This document shows positions 1 to 12,500 of a stretch of DNA of 64,000 bases, one piece after another (within the stretch, counting starts at the first letter, position 1; every line of letters starts with the position of its first letter). This DNA is from Lingula anatina. Taxonomy: Eukaryota; Animalia; Brachiopoda. The stretch is from NCBI GenBank assembly GCA_051362555.1, contig CM120643.1, positions 4,774,001 to 4,838,000 on the forward strand, written 5' to 3'. The notes below the pieces were generated by a model. That model saw nothing but the letters and a program-made list of their open reading frames with translations. It searched no databases and was not told where the DNA came from. The position numbers and the translations under genes were made by a program.

Positions 1-2017
1 ACAGAAAATCCCACGTTGAAGAGCTTGAAAAAAATTGCAAAAAGTTAAAATGGTTTTGTTTGCTAAATTATGTACCAAATCTTCCAAGCGTTTTTTTCCT
101 AATGCATATATGTTAATGATATTATATAAAGATGATTTTTCTGTTTCATAAACATGTACAGGTATGAGGTCCGATAAATCAATGTTTTGTTTGAAACAGG
201 TAGTTAATTTTCAACCTCGTGTAACCTCTATGTAAAATCTCTATATTAGAATATCAGGTAATCTCTGAAAAATGTTATTTATAATATGGAAGACTAAATA
301 ACGAGCTGCTTGATATGTCTGTACTATTAACACACGCCTCTTCTGAGCCATTTTGCTATATCTGTACATACAAATATCTTAGATACCCATATCTGAATTT
401 CGAATCACAAAAAGCACCATTACAAATGCTTGCTACATAATGTAATAATGTGACTTGTCACTAATGTTCACGGCAATCCATCTCTCCCGACAATTCTCCA
501 AGCCACCATTCTCTCGGCTTCATTAGCAACACAACACATTCAGCTCATGAAAACATAGGGTTTACACTACGGCTTCGGAAATCGCACAGCGATATTTAAT
601 TTAACAATCCTTGGAATTTATCCAACACGCATACCAGAGGTAATGATAGCTCCACACCCTGAATTTCAAAGCATAACTCGGGTTGACTCACTGGGAACCT
701 GGTAGCCTGCTTTTTTGATGATTTGACTGCAGAACTCCGGGTGTGTTGCCAACATATTTGGATCCGTTGTGCGACCCCAATAAACTAGAGGTACACGTGA
801 CGTGAATATCCACACTTGCTTCACCTTCAATCCGGATTACCTGTGGGGCCTGTTTTAAAAATTTACTACATCCCTAAAACATAGCTCTACATCAAAATGT
901 TAGCTGCCTTGTCCCCAGTTATATCAGCAGTTGTCCATTTACTGAAGTTTTTCGGATGGTTAAGACCAAGAAAGACGAGGCTGATATTGGAGACCAGTAG
1001 ATACCAATAAATACTTGCCTGTGAATTTTCCTTCCCTGCAATGAAAAAAAAAAAAAATGATTTCGCAGAGAATAAATTTCTTCCCAACGGCAGCCAGCAT
1101 TTGACAGAAAACTGCAATGTTCGCCTAACATCATATTGATTGGTCGCGCGTTCGCAGTCCGTGCAGTTTGATTTCCATTGAGATGATCGACGATGACGGT
1201 TTATAAATAAAACATTTTTAAAATATGAAGAAAATTTAAAAGAAAAATTTTACTAGTGATAACATTCGCAATATCTTTGTAGAACCATTGACGTTTTACA
1301 TTCTTATCCACCATCCGACAAGTCGTTAACCAAGACAAGTCAACCAACACAAATTCTCTCTTTTTGAATAGGAAAGGGAATTTTTTTTTATATTTGTGCA
1401 TTCTGTTGTAATTTAAAACGAACCTTTCACCCCAATCAAATGCAGTCCCTGTGTAGTTTTCCGAGTTTCATTTATTCAACAGTTGACTAATAAACATGAG
1501 CTCAAACGAGCAAAAATGTTCATTAGATTGGTAGTTGGATCATATATGGTAATTTTATAATCAGCGTATATTAACTCAAACGGTTTTACACAGCACTATT
1601 ACACCATCAGCGCCTTATTTATTTAATTTAATACTTTATTGGGCACTAAAATATTAACAGATGCATTTTACAGGCTCTCTACACAACTTAATACATTTGT
1701 ACATATAAAACCACCTAAATTTATAAGTTGAAGTAATTATATATAGGACTTACGCTGTTCTTTCTCAAATTATAAGGACAATCGCACGCAAATTTAGACC
1801 AGGTGGAGAATATTGGGAAACTTGGTGAACAACATCAAGACCAAACTTGGAGATCATTTGATATATGAGCCGAGTCAAGAATTACGCAATAACGTTCAAC
1901 AAGTTACTGGAGCCTCTTGTGAATAATAACACTGACTTATATCAGTCTAAGTAAAGAAGCTTTGAAGCACTGTTTACATTAAATGTAAGAAAGCAACGAT
2001 AAACGTCTGAGCAAATT

Positions 2018-2019
<2 letters not shown>

Positions 2020-2059
<40 letters not shown>
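2020..2059. repeat. (CA)n microsatellite
   Basis: Direct reading. Confidence 0.95.
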
Positions 2060-2062
<3 letters not shown>

Positions 2063-2714
2063 TCAGCGCTGGTCTATCTCTATATTCATTAATATTTAAA
2101 ATATACTGCATATGTGCATTTACATGTTGATGTTCGTTAGCACCAGCTGATGTATTAATTTCAATGAACACCTGAAGAAAAGTCCATCATTAGATCTAAG
2201 ATTACAGGACCGACCCAAAGTATCGGGTCTTTTCAAGATTGAATCAAAGGCTTGCTCTTAATCACTGAAGCTGCAAAACAAATGCCAGCTTCATCTCTTT
2301 ATCTTCTCATAGCCTTTTCTGAGATCTGGCCGCCTAAATTCAAGCAGGAGCAAGCTTTGTTCACCCGCATGCTTACGTAAGACTTAATAAGTAGGCAGGA
2401 AGGAAATTGGAGGGCGCCGCCGTAGACTTAATGTGTCAGACGCGTCATGTAAAGCCTGTTTGTTTGGAGTCACACCTCCCATGCTTTAACTCACATGCCA
2501 AGTGTTCTTTTGTGACTGCGATTTGGATATTTGTTACAAAATTTTTACAAATACCCTTAACATCAAAAGAGGACGACTTGTTTCTGTTTTCAACGCAATT
2601 TTCTACAGGCTGAGTTTTTCCATGAAATTGTGTTTGAGATATATATCTCCATCCTAGGACCCCCAAAATAACTTGTCGTTTGATACGTTTTCAACCGCCT
2701 ATTGTTATGTCGGC

Positions 2715-3620
2715 CGCAGCAGTGCACTTTCAGTGATGACTCGAGAAGTGGAAAATCATTTACCTTTTTGTCTTCAAACTTGAGTTGAGTTCGAAAATCA
2801 GCACGATCGGGCCATTTCTTTTTCCGCTTTTTTCGGCATATATGCAATACTGATAACACATTTCAAGGAAAACCGACAGGAGTGATCAATCTTACTGAAA
2901 TACAGGTCGAGTTCGAAAATCAACTTAATCGGACCATTTTCCAAAAGTTATACTGTTTTCCCCCCCTTTTTACGGCATATTTATCCACCGTTATACAGAT
3001 AACAAAATCCTTGTCATATTTTGCTATAAAACAGATCAAGTTCGAAAATTATCTTGATGGGTTTAATTTTAATGAAGTTATGCCTTGTTTGTATGTACCA
3101 GTAAGTGTTTATTCCTCAGGTTCCATTCTAAGGCATGTTAACAGTCCTATTATCACTGCCTGATATCACGTAAGTGTGATAATAGGTCTAGATATATATT
3201 ACATGTATGTATAACACAAGTAGTTTAGAGGGCCTGTAAAATGTACTGAAACATTTTAGTGCTCAATAAATTATTATTATTATTATTATTATTGAACTAA
3301 TTATATACAGAAAAGTGTTATTTTTCTGCATCTGAACAATATTGTTTGATGATTATATAAAAATGATGGAAATGAACAGTTTGTCAGATTCAATCCTTCA
3401 CCATGTTTAGAATCTGAGAATGGAGCATTAAATTGGATATTTAAAATTGTTCCATAGATTTATTTCCCATCTCAAAAGTTTGTTAGTTGATCATGTAAAA
3501 AGGATAGTTAATTTGTTATAAAAAGTGTTGAAATGGAAATAAACTCATTTCAGTACAGTTATCTCTTGTTTACATTTTGGCGTTTTCAAGGTGTGAATTT
3601 GAAGTCCCACGGGCATAAAG
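2715..3620 (+). mobile_element. Decayed HINE family B fragments
   Basis: GTTCGAAAATCAGCACGATCGGGCCATT, GCATATATGCAATACTGATAACACATTT and GTTTGTCAGATTCAATC..AGAATCTGAGAATGG are shared with 15780-15880 and, in reverse, 51800-52110. Boundaries are approximate. Confidence 0.55.
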
Positions 3621-4351
3621 CTGAGTGGTATTCATTTTTTAATGTCCATCATGTTATGTATAGTAAATAATTGAAAATTGCTGGTGATTATGCTGTTAAT
3701 CATAATGTAATATTGCATCAAAATTGACAAAAAACCTACTTTGTGCAGTACCCCACAAACGTTATGAGAAGAACACTGTGTTACTTATTATTTTGTAACT
3801 TACAAGAATGATTCTTAGGATTGACATACTGCTCAAAGCGAATCAGGTACGCCACAAGATGATTCAGATAATATTATTATCAATAGCAGCTAACATAAAC
3901 TGATTTCTGGCATAACCGAGCTATTTCGAATAATAAATGGCTTTTGTGATTCGTGATATATGTATTTGATTACATGGTAAAAGTCACCGCCATGGCCTGA
4001 GCCGATGGATAAAAATTATGACTTCAGCTCTTCATATTCGCGGTGGTGAAGGAAGGACGGGTTAAATCACAATCACTACTGGCCTATTTATCTCTATCTC
4101 CTCTTCCACATTAAGAGATTTTTTTATTATATAGGTCCAAGTTGCATGAAAGGTGCTTGCGATCTAAAATAAAAACATGCTGTGTTTCATGATGCATATG
4201 AAAATAAAATTTCAAAAATCGATTTAAAAATGTGGGCGATAATTTTTCAGACTTTGAATAATAAATATATTTTCAATGTTTGCCTTTTTTTTACCCGATG
4301 AAGACGATTAAGTTAATTTTTTAATGTTGCTTCTAAAGATGGGTACAATAA

Positions 4352-4610
4352 GGCTTCGTTCACATGCAATGTCTATTTTCTATTTTCTATTTTCTATTTT
4401 CGGTATGTCTTATGATCACGGTCTGTGCACTGGATATCCCGCGGCGTAATTACTGGCAGCGCGAGCCAGTTACTTATAGTAACTTATAGTAACTGGCTCG
4501 CGCTGCCAGTGATTACGCCGCGGGATATTCAGTGCACAGACCGTGATCATAAGACATACCGAAAATAGAAAATAGAAAATAGAAAATAGACATTGCATGT
4601 GAACGAAGCC
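4352..4610. mobile_element. Palindromic PIF/Harbinger (Tourist-like) MITE
   Basis: About 125-bp near-perfect arms GGCTTCGTTCACATGCAATG ... CATTGCATGTGAACGAAGCC, flanked by a TAA duplication (4349-4351 and 4611-4613). Confidence 0.85.
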
Positions 4611-5639
4611 TAAATGTGTTCGGCGTGGACTGCGCCACCTGGCGACCTGTGTGCATGCCCCTACTACTGCAATATTCCCATTATTTGTAGTTTGTCTACC
4701 AAAGGAAGATACATGCAAATGAAGAAATCACATGCACAGCTATATTTTATTATTTTCTATATACCTTAAAAATCTCTGCTTTATTTTAAATCTCAGAAAG
4801 TATATAGAGTATATTCAAAGAAGATGCCAAACTTAACAATACTTTACTGAGCAATAAAATGTGCTCGCTGAATTAAGAGGGTTGTATCTCGAACGTAATT
4901 AATTCCTTTACCGTAGGACGGATGAGGGCAGAAATTGAGGTATCATATGACGTATCCTGAACCCCAATATTAATTCGATTGTAATAAACATTGCTGGCGA
5001 ACCTTCTTTTTCTCCTCTCTAGGAAGGCAAATTCGGGATAGAAGCTTTTAACCCTGATGTGAAACATATAGGCCTACTAAGCACCTGTGGCACTAGTGTG
5101 CAATGTAGATTAAAACCAGTCCCCCAAAAATCTGTACGTACTCCGCCAAGCTCTTAAGGATGAACGGGGCAATGCTGCTGTTACATACACGCTATTGGAC
5201 ACCTGCTATTTTACGAGCACATCTAAATGCTAATTGTGTTTCAATTTAATGCACATTTATTTAGGCCTACTTTTGTGTAAATCACAGTGAAACACATATT
5301 TGAGGGATGAATGCTCTAAATTTTAACAAATGGTATAAAATATGGATATTTTCACCGCTGTTTTGTATTTTCATGTTACATATTGTATCTGGGGTAAAAA
5401 GCATTGTTTAACACAATGAACACATGTGAGGTGATCATTTGTAAATAAAACCACATGGAATTGAGGGTGGGACAACCTTTTTGACCAGTGTTGTATTTAT
5501 TTAATTAAATTTATTAAATTTCATCGTAAAACCGCATTGATAAATACATGTAGTTTCCGAAAATGTCAACGGTTGCGTTAGATGAGCTTTCAGTTGCTGT
5601 GACACGGAAACATCGCAATATCTCGATGACCTTTGACAC

Positions 5640-5734
5640 CAGGAAGTGAGGGATGAGCAACAAGCACGGGAAACCAACTGCAGTATTTTTTATGTTGATG
5701 AACTACTTCAGTTCCCAGACACTGCAGAATACAG
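5640..5734 (+). promoter_or_regulatory. Probable IST1 promoter and non-coding first exon
   Basis: ETS-type CAGGAAGTG at 5640. Donor-like ACAG|GTAGAG at 5734/5735 pairs with acceptor TTTTCTTCTATAG at 6506, just upstream of the ATG. The TSS is not determinable. Confidence 0.5.
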
Positions 5735-6022
5735 GTAGAGTAACATTTGTTTGTCATATGAGATGGTAGTCATTTACTTATAGGGGTTTAATTGATACAG
5801 TGTATGAACTCCTTTCATTTATAATCTTATAGCGTCTCTATATGTCTCTTCATATACATTACACTACCATGTAACGTCCCCCTTTTCCACATTGCGTGGC
5901 ATATGATATAGTTTTCAATGCACTCTGCTTTTAGTTTGTGTACATGTACTAAAAGAAACATATTTTACAATTAACTTACACCCTTCGTTTCCAGTTGTAA
6001 TTTACAGTGCCAATTATAACCC

Positions 6023-6025
<3 letters not shown>

Positions 6026-6097
<72 letters not shown>
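6026..6097. repeat. (AT)n microsatellite
   Basis: Direct reading. Confidence 0.95.
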
Positions 6098-6100
<3 letters not shown>

Positions 6101-6527
6101 GAAAAATACCACAACAAGCTGACATATGACACCTTCCCCCTTTTGATTACACATGTATATATACATAGTGAGACTGCCCTTGTTATTATGCATATAAATA
6201 TTTGTCACATTACTGCCATTATTATTATTATTATGGACTGTTCAGTTATATATGTTTTAAAGGAAATATCAGGTGACAGTTTGTCTAATTTTGGATTTGG
6301 TTCCTTTTTTTTTACACGTAAGATAGTTCATTTAAGTGTAAGGATTTGTTCAGATATGGGAACTGGTTAGGAACAATGACGGGAGGGAAAGGGATTCCTC
6401 CTTTATGAAGATTATTTGTTTCCTAACATACTTTTTTTTATTTGATGTCAATATCAGTTTTTCATTTACATGCTGTTTATATAAATTTCCTTTTTTTCTT
6501 CTATAGTCCACACAATATCACACTATC

Positions 6528-9500
6528 ATGTTTCGTAAAAGTGGGCCTAACTATCTGAAGCTGAAAACAAATCTCAGGCTCTGCATTCAGAGGTTGAAGA
6601 TGCTTGAGAAGAAGAAAAGTAAGTTGACAAAATTAAATTAACTTAACAATTTAGGAGGATTTTAACATTTTAAGTTAATATTTAAAATAAGTCTGGTGTC
6701 AGTAGGTGTGACCCTTTCTTTGTTTTCTTTTGAATCTAACTCAACAATTTTGACAAAAGGTCTTGGCATAAGTATATTATTTTGTAAAGTTTTTAATTCT
6801 GTTCTTAGGTGAACTTGCTATGAAAGCTAGAAAGGAAATTGCAGATTATATATCAGCAGGTAAAGAAGACAGGGCAAGGATAAGGGTAAGTGTACGTGTG
6901 TTTTGTGTGTGTGTGCATGTGTGTATGTAAGTATATGTATGTGTGTTTTGTGGGGGTGGCGGTTTTGGGGGGATGCTCATGTCAATGGACATGTGCATGT
7001 ATGTGGAAAAATGCTTGTTTGTGTTTGCATGTTTGAGCATACACGTGCAAGCTTCTATGTGTGTGAGGATGCATGTGTCTGTGAATATCATGTGTACAAG
7101 TAGATATACATCTACTCTCAGGCTAGTGCTTAGATAGACAAGCTCCCAAGTGTGCCCTGTTCTTATTATCATAAATTGTTGTTTACCATTCCATGCACAA
7201 CTTTGCAAATTAAAGAAAGAAATGCCTTCAACATTAATATTTGGAGACTTATTTATTGTACCACCAGCGTTAGCGCTGGCGGTACACATGGTTTCGGTCC
7301 CGTCCGGATCGTTCCGCCGGCTCCGCCGGACGGCTACCGTTACCGCTTCTCCTCCTAGACGGTAAGGGCCCCCGTACCCATCTCATGGATTTAGGTCACC
7401 TATAATCTCAACTCGTTCCACGTAAAATTTGGGCTTTGTCGGTATTGGGGTCTGGGTGTGGCACTCATTGCAATGCACCCTTGTCTAAAAATGGCAAAAT
7501 TAAATGCTAATTATCTACCCTACGGAAGGAGTTATGGGAAAAATTTCTATAGACGGCTTTCCAAAAGTCATATGTGTAGATTTCAAGTATACCCTTGGAT
7601 TTGACCTTTGACCTTGAAGTAAAGGTCAAATGGGCCAAAATTTTCAAAAAAATGAAATTTTTTACGAAAAAAATTTTTTTTGCCCTGTTATTCAGACACC
7701 ACACAGACTTAACCAATAATATTATTGGAAGGTGTTACCCTTCAGGTCATCTTTCATCTCCATGAATTTGGGGTCAATCGGTGCATTTTCACGGGAGTAG
7801 CGGCCATAAGATACCGAAACTGAAAACTGTCTCTAATTCGGGAACCGTTAATGCTAGAGACCCATTTTTTTTTGCATTTTGTAGAGCATGTAAAGCCCAA
7901 CACTGAAGGTTGTCTCGGTTTTTTTGTATTCCATACGGTTTTCGAGTTACGCTGTATCAAAAAGTACATATTGGTGGTAAAAGCAAAATGTGCAGTACGG
8001 TAATGGATAATAAATTTTGAACTCTGGAAAAATAAAACATAAGGCTTGGCAAAGCAGACAATTTGTGTTCAAAAATGACATTATTTCATCAAATTTGAAA
8101 TTCTGAAACTTCAGAGCACCTCCTATTTCAAGAATTTTGACCAAAATGACATTTTCTTTATTTTAATTAATTTTTTCTGTACGAAATTTAAGTACATTAT
8201 GGTAACTCCAAAATTATAACATTTAGTCCCTTATTTCTCCAAAACTGGCAGAGATAGGTCCATAGTTACTATTGAAGTTGAATAGGAAGTCATATACTGG
8301 CAATCTTACTATGACCTTGAAAGTGACCTTTGACCTACTTTTCACCATGAACTGAACTTTGCAAATTTTGCTTCCCTTTTATCTCCAAAACTGGCAGAGA
8401 TAGGTCCATAGTTACTATTGAAGTTGAATAGGAAGTCATATACTGGCAATCTTACTATGACCTTGAAAGTGACCTTTGACCTACTTTTCACCATGAACTG
8501 AACTTTGCAAATTTTTCTTCCCTTTTATCTCCAAAACTGGCAGATATAGGTCCATAGTTACTATTGAACTTGAATAGGAAGTCATATACTGGCAATCTAA
8601 ATGTGACCTTAAAATAAACTTTTGACCTACTTTTCACCATAAACTGAATTTTGCAAAATTTGCTTCCCTTTTATCTCCAAAACTGGCAGAGATAGGTCCA
8701 TAGTTACTATTGAACTTGAATAGGAAGTCATATACTGGCAATCAAAATGTGACCTTAAAATTGACCTTTGACCTACTTTACACCATGAACTGAATTTTGC
8801 AAATTTTGCTTTCCTTTTATCTCTAAAACTGACTGAGATAGGTCCGTAGTTACTATTGAACTTGAATAGGAAGTCATATACTGGCAATCTAAATGTGACC
8901 TTAAAATTGACCTTTGAGGTCATATACTGGCAATTTACTGTGACCTTGAAATTGACCCTTGACCTACCTTACGAAGAACTTAAATTTGATTGTACCATAT
9001 ATATTTTTTGCAATAGTTTAAAAATTCTTGTTGATTGCATTTTTACAGCTTGTTAAGCACAAAACTGGTGGCTGTGTCCCTTATTTTGTGTATGTGGGGG
9101 TCTATACGAATGCGCTTGCTCCAGCTGGTGGTACAATATTCGGAGGCGGTATCGCCTCTCTGATCCTCTAGTTTTAAAAGGAAGATTTTGTGTAATATAA
9201 TGACATGTTGTGGCTATAATTCACATCATGAGACGATTTCTTCCTGGTCTTGTAGGTAGAGCACATAGTGAGGGAAGACTATATGGTGGAAGGGCTGGAA
9301 ATCCTGGAGATGTTCTGTGATCTGTTGTTGGCAAGATTTGGACTCATTGAGAAAATGAAGTATGTTGTTATACAAAACAGTCATTTCCACAGTATTTCTC
9401 ACCATTTGTGTTATCTTTCCTTAATACCTTTTGCAATATTCATATTATTCTAGTATAACAGAATTAGTCAGATTACAAATGCCTTTGCTTTTTCTTACTG

Positions 9501-12500
9501 ATAGCCTTTCCATCTCTATCTATCAAAAGGCAAAAGATTTACAGAGCGAATTAATTTGAACAAAGTCAGACACACACAATGGCAGATGGCAGATGTCTCA
9601 GTGATTCAGAATATCCTACAAGAATTTGGGAAGACCATTTTCATAGTGTTTTCTATTTTTTATTTTTTATCTTTAACTTACCTGATGAGGGCCATGGCCA
9701 CCCTGAGCTTCAGAGATAACTTGAAACAAACTGCTACACTGTAGCATACCCTTGCAGTTTCAAGTTACCTATGACCAGTTTCATTTTGACCTAGTTTATT
9801 AAGCCAATTGAATCCATGTTTTCAAGATTTTTCACCAAAGATTGGTAAAAAAAACACTGAATGAACGAAAGTCTGGAAATATGTCCAGTAAGACTAGAGC
9901 AACACATGGGTTTGTTTATTGATGCAGCACAATACATCTCTGTTATTTTTGATTGGTCCAGAGCCTCACTTTGATTTGTTTGCGTTTATTGGTTTGATAG
10001 TTCAATGAGTCATAGGGGGCCTGGGTTTAAATTTGAGTAGCAGGCAGCCAGGCCTATCAAGTCTGGTCAGAGGTAACTTGAAACTGCAAGGGTATGCTAC
10101 AGTGTAGAGGTAGTATGTAGTTATTTCTGAAGCTCAGGGTGGCCATGGGGGAGATACATTGGAATAAATAAATAAATAAATAACTAAATAAGTATAAATA
10201 TGCCAAATATGTCCCAGAATAATGTGTACCACACCGGCACACCTTAATCACTACCACATGAACCATACTGATACTAATATTGGTACATAATGCATGTAGT
10301 GGAATTAATGAAATATGTTTTGATTAAATCATCTCAATATTTGTGTTATAAGTGCAAATTTTTATGTATGATTAACAGGAAAAAAAAAAGTAAGGTTGAT
10401 GTTAATGTTTTAATGCCAGTGTACTTGACCCAGGCCTTGAGGAATGTATAGCTTCCATCATATGGGCAGCCCCCAGAGTGGTGGCAGACATTGCAGAATT
10501 GGCGCAGGTGAGACTTCAACACTCACACTAGGGGTACATTCCCATAGATTTTAGATCGATCTATCCCCGTGGGGAGTCTCACTAGATTACTGTCAGATAA
10601 TCCGGCTTAATAGAGGTTGTCCGGGTTCTGAACGAGAAGACACATTTCCCCGTGATTTTACGAGATCTGCCTTGAGGTGGGGTTAAAATATAGAGACCAC
10701 AAGGAAGTAGAGCAGCGATTTCTTTACTTGAAAAATAGCTGAACTTACAAAATTTTTGAGCTACAGGCTTATTCTTTTTTTCACTTTATAAAGAAAAAGT
10801 ATTGATATAATATGTACGTACAACTGACAGGTTGAATTTGCCAAGCTAAGAGCCAATGACGCTTGCAAAGCAAAATTCGCCCGGAGGACGTACTACGCAG
10901 CAAAGTTCGCGTTTAAACAGGCTTCATCACCAGATATTTGCTTGTGGTACAGGAAAATGACATTAGTTACCATTGTTTTTCATTGATTGGTCATTTCATG
11001 AGATCCGTTTGAACAACAAAAGCTTTATAACTGCAACTTATTTTTCTTTATAATTTTTTTTACTATTAAACTTTACTTATAAAGAAATAAAAAAAAATCA
11101 TTTGACATTTCATTTACTGATGGATGGCATATCAGAACATTAGACCTGCCAGCATCTTTGTTTTAATTTCACTAAATTTAAAGGCTGGAACTTGATCATA
11201 AAGTTATTTTTCTTCATTTATTTACTGATGAAAATGATGCTATAGAAGCTAATGGATAGCATTCACAAAATGTAAGTTTCATTGTGATCAGATTTGACTT
11301 AAATGACAGGAAAGATGACAAAAGAAAGTATTAAAATGGACAACATATAGGTTGAACTTTTCATAAATCATTGCATTTTATTGACAGTTATACACAAATA
11401 CAACAAATAAACACAACATCACAGGCGAACTTGTATTTGTGATCTCAGTAAATAATATAAAAAACAGGTGTCATATAGTTATTTTAAAAAGTCACTACAG
11501 TAACATAAGAATGATACAAGCAAGAAAAATTATTTTCTTCATTAAATTACTAGTGCAGTACAATACATAGGCCTATATATATATATATTCATAAAACCAA
11601 ATATTTCATTTTAAAGTAATAAAGAAAATGCCTGATACTGTAAGTGACACCCAGACAAAATGCCATCTGTTTATTACTGATATAATAAGTCAACAACATA
11701 ATAACTAAGGACATAAGAGATTAATATACACTGAGCAATCTTCAGCATCTGTTTATCCTGACCACGTCTCTCACAGTTCTTGCCTGGTTCAATAACATGC
11801 GTTGTGTCTGTCATGCTCTAAAATAAAAAAAATAATAATTCACTTAATTTTCTGAAATATATATCATTATGTGATAAACGTTGTTGTAAAATACCAACTC
11901 TAATTTCTACCTTACTTGCAATTATTATAACCGACCACCCGGCATGGAATGTCACAAATGCAACTGAACATTGTGTATACTTAATAGGTGTGGAAAGTTC
12001 ACCAGTATTTCATAATCAGGTTCACGTTATATGGAGACAGGAATGGTATAAGCAAATTTGTCTGATATAGTTACTGTAAAAGACTATTAATCACAAGTAC
12101 TAGGGCTGTATTACATTAATAAACCATGGTGTCCTGTAAACTACACACAAAACTTACTCAGTACTTATTAACATGCCCCTCGACTGTTGATGATATGGTC
12201 TATACGGTGATGCCATGAAGCCAGTGACGTGTCGGGTGCGAGTTGTCTGCAGTTGGTCCCTTTCTTCCTACAAAATACTACGACCTGACCTGTACTTTAA
12301 ATATGTCGACACTTTGTCCTAATCAACTTTCTTTACTTCACTTAATCTAATCAACTTCTCTTTCTTTACTTCACTTCTCTCGCCAGACGTGTCGGTCATC
12401 CATGGTCATTTTCCTGGTTTTCTTGCTAAGCTTTAACTGCAATGCACCCTATGACACAACATTAGTAATTCGCCATTGCGTTACTCTATGTCAAATTACA

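Noticed and set aside
380-1134. Minus-strand exon-like blocks and ORFs 887-1117 and 919-1134
   Set aside because: No recognisable protein or consistent frame. May be the interior of a transposon cut by the window edge, but termini cannot be shown.
4873-5157. TTAA-GAG...CTC-TTAA, a Sola3/Kolobok-like element
   Set aside because: The TIR match beyond 3 bp is poor and could be chance.
7754-8144. Short ORFs recurring at 7754-8144, 31281-31671 and 59399-59596 as a small gene family
   Set aside because: They recur only because they lie in near-identical HINE copies. No domain or splice context.
9990-10055. tRNA gene
   Set aside because: Only degenerate A/B-box-like sequence and no cloverleaf. 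At most a SINE head.
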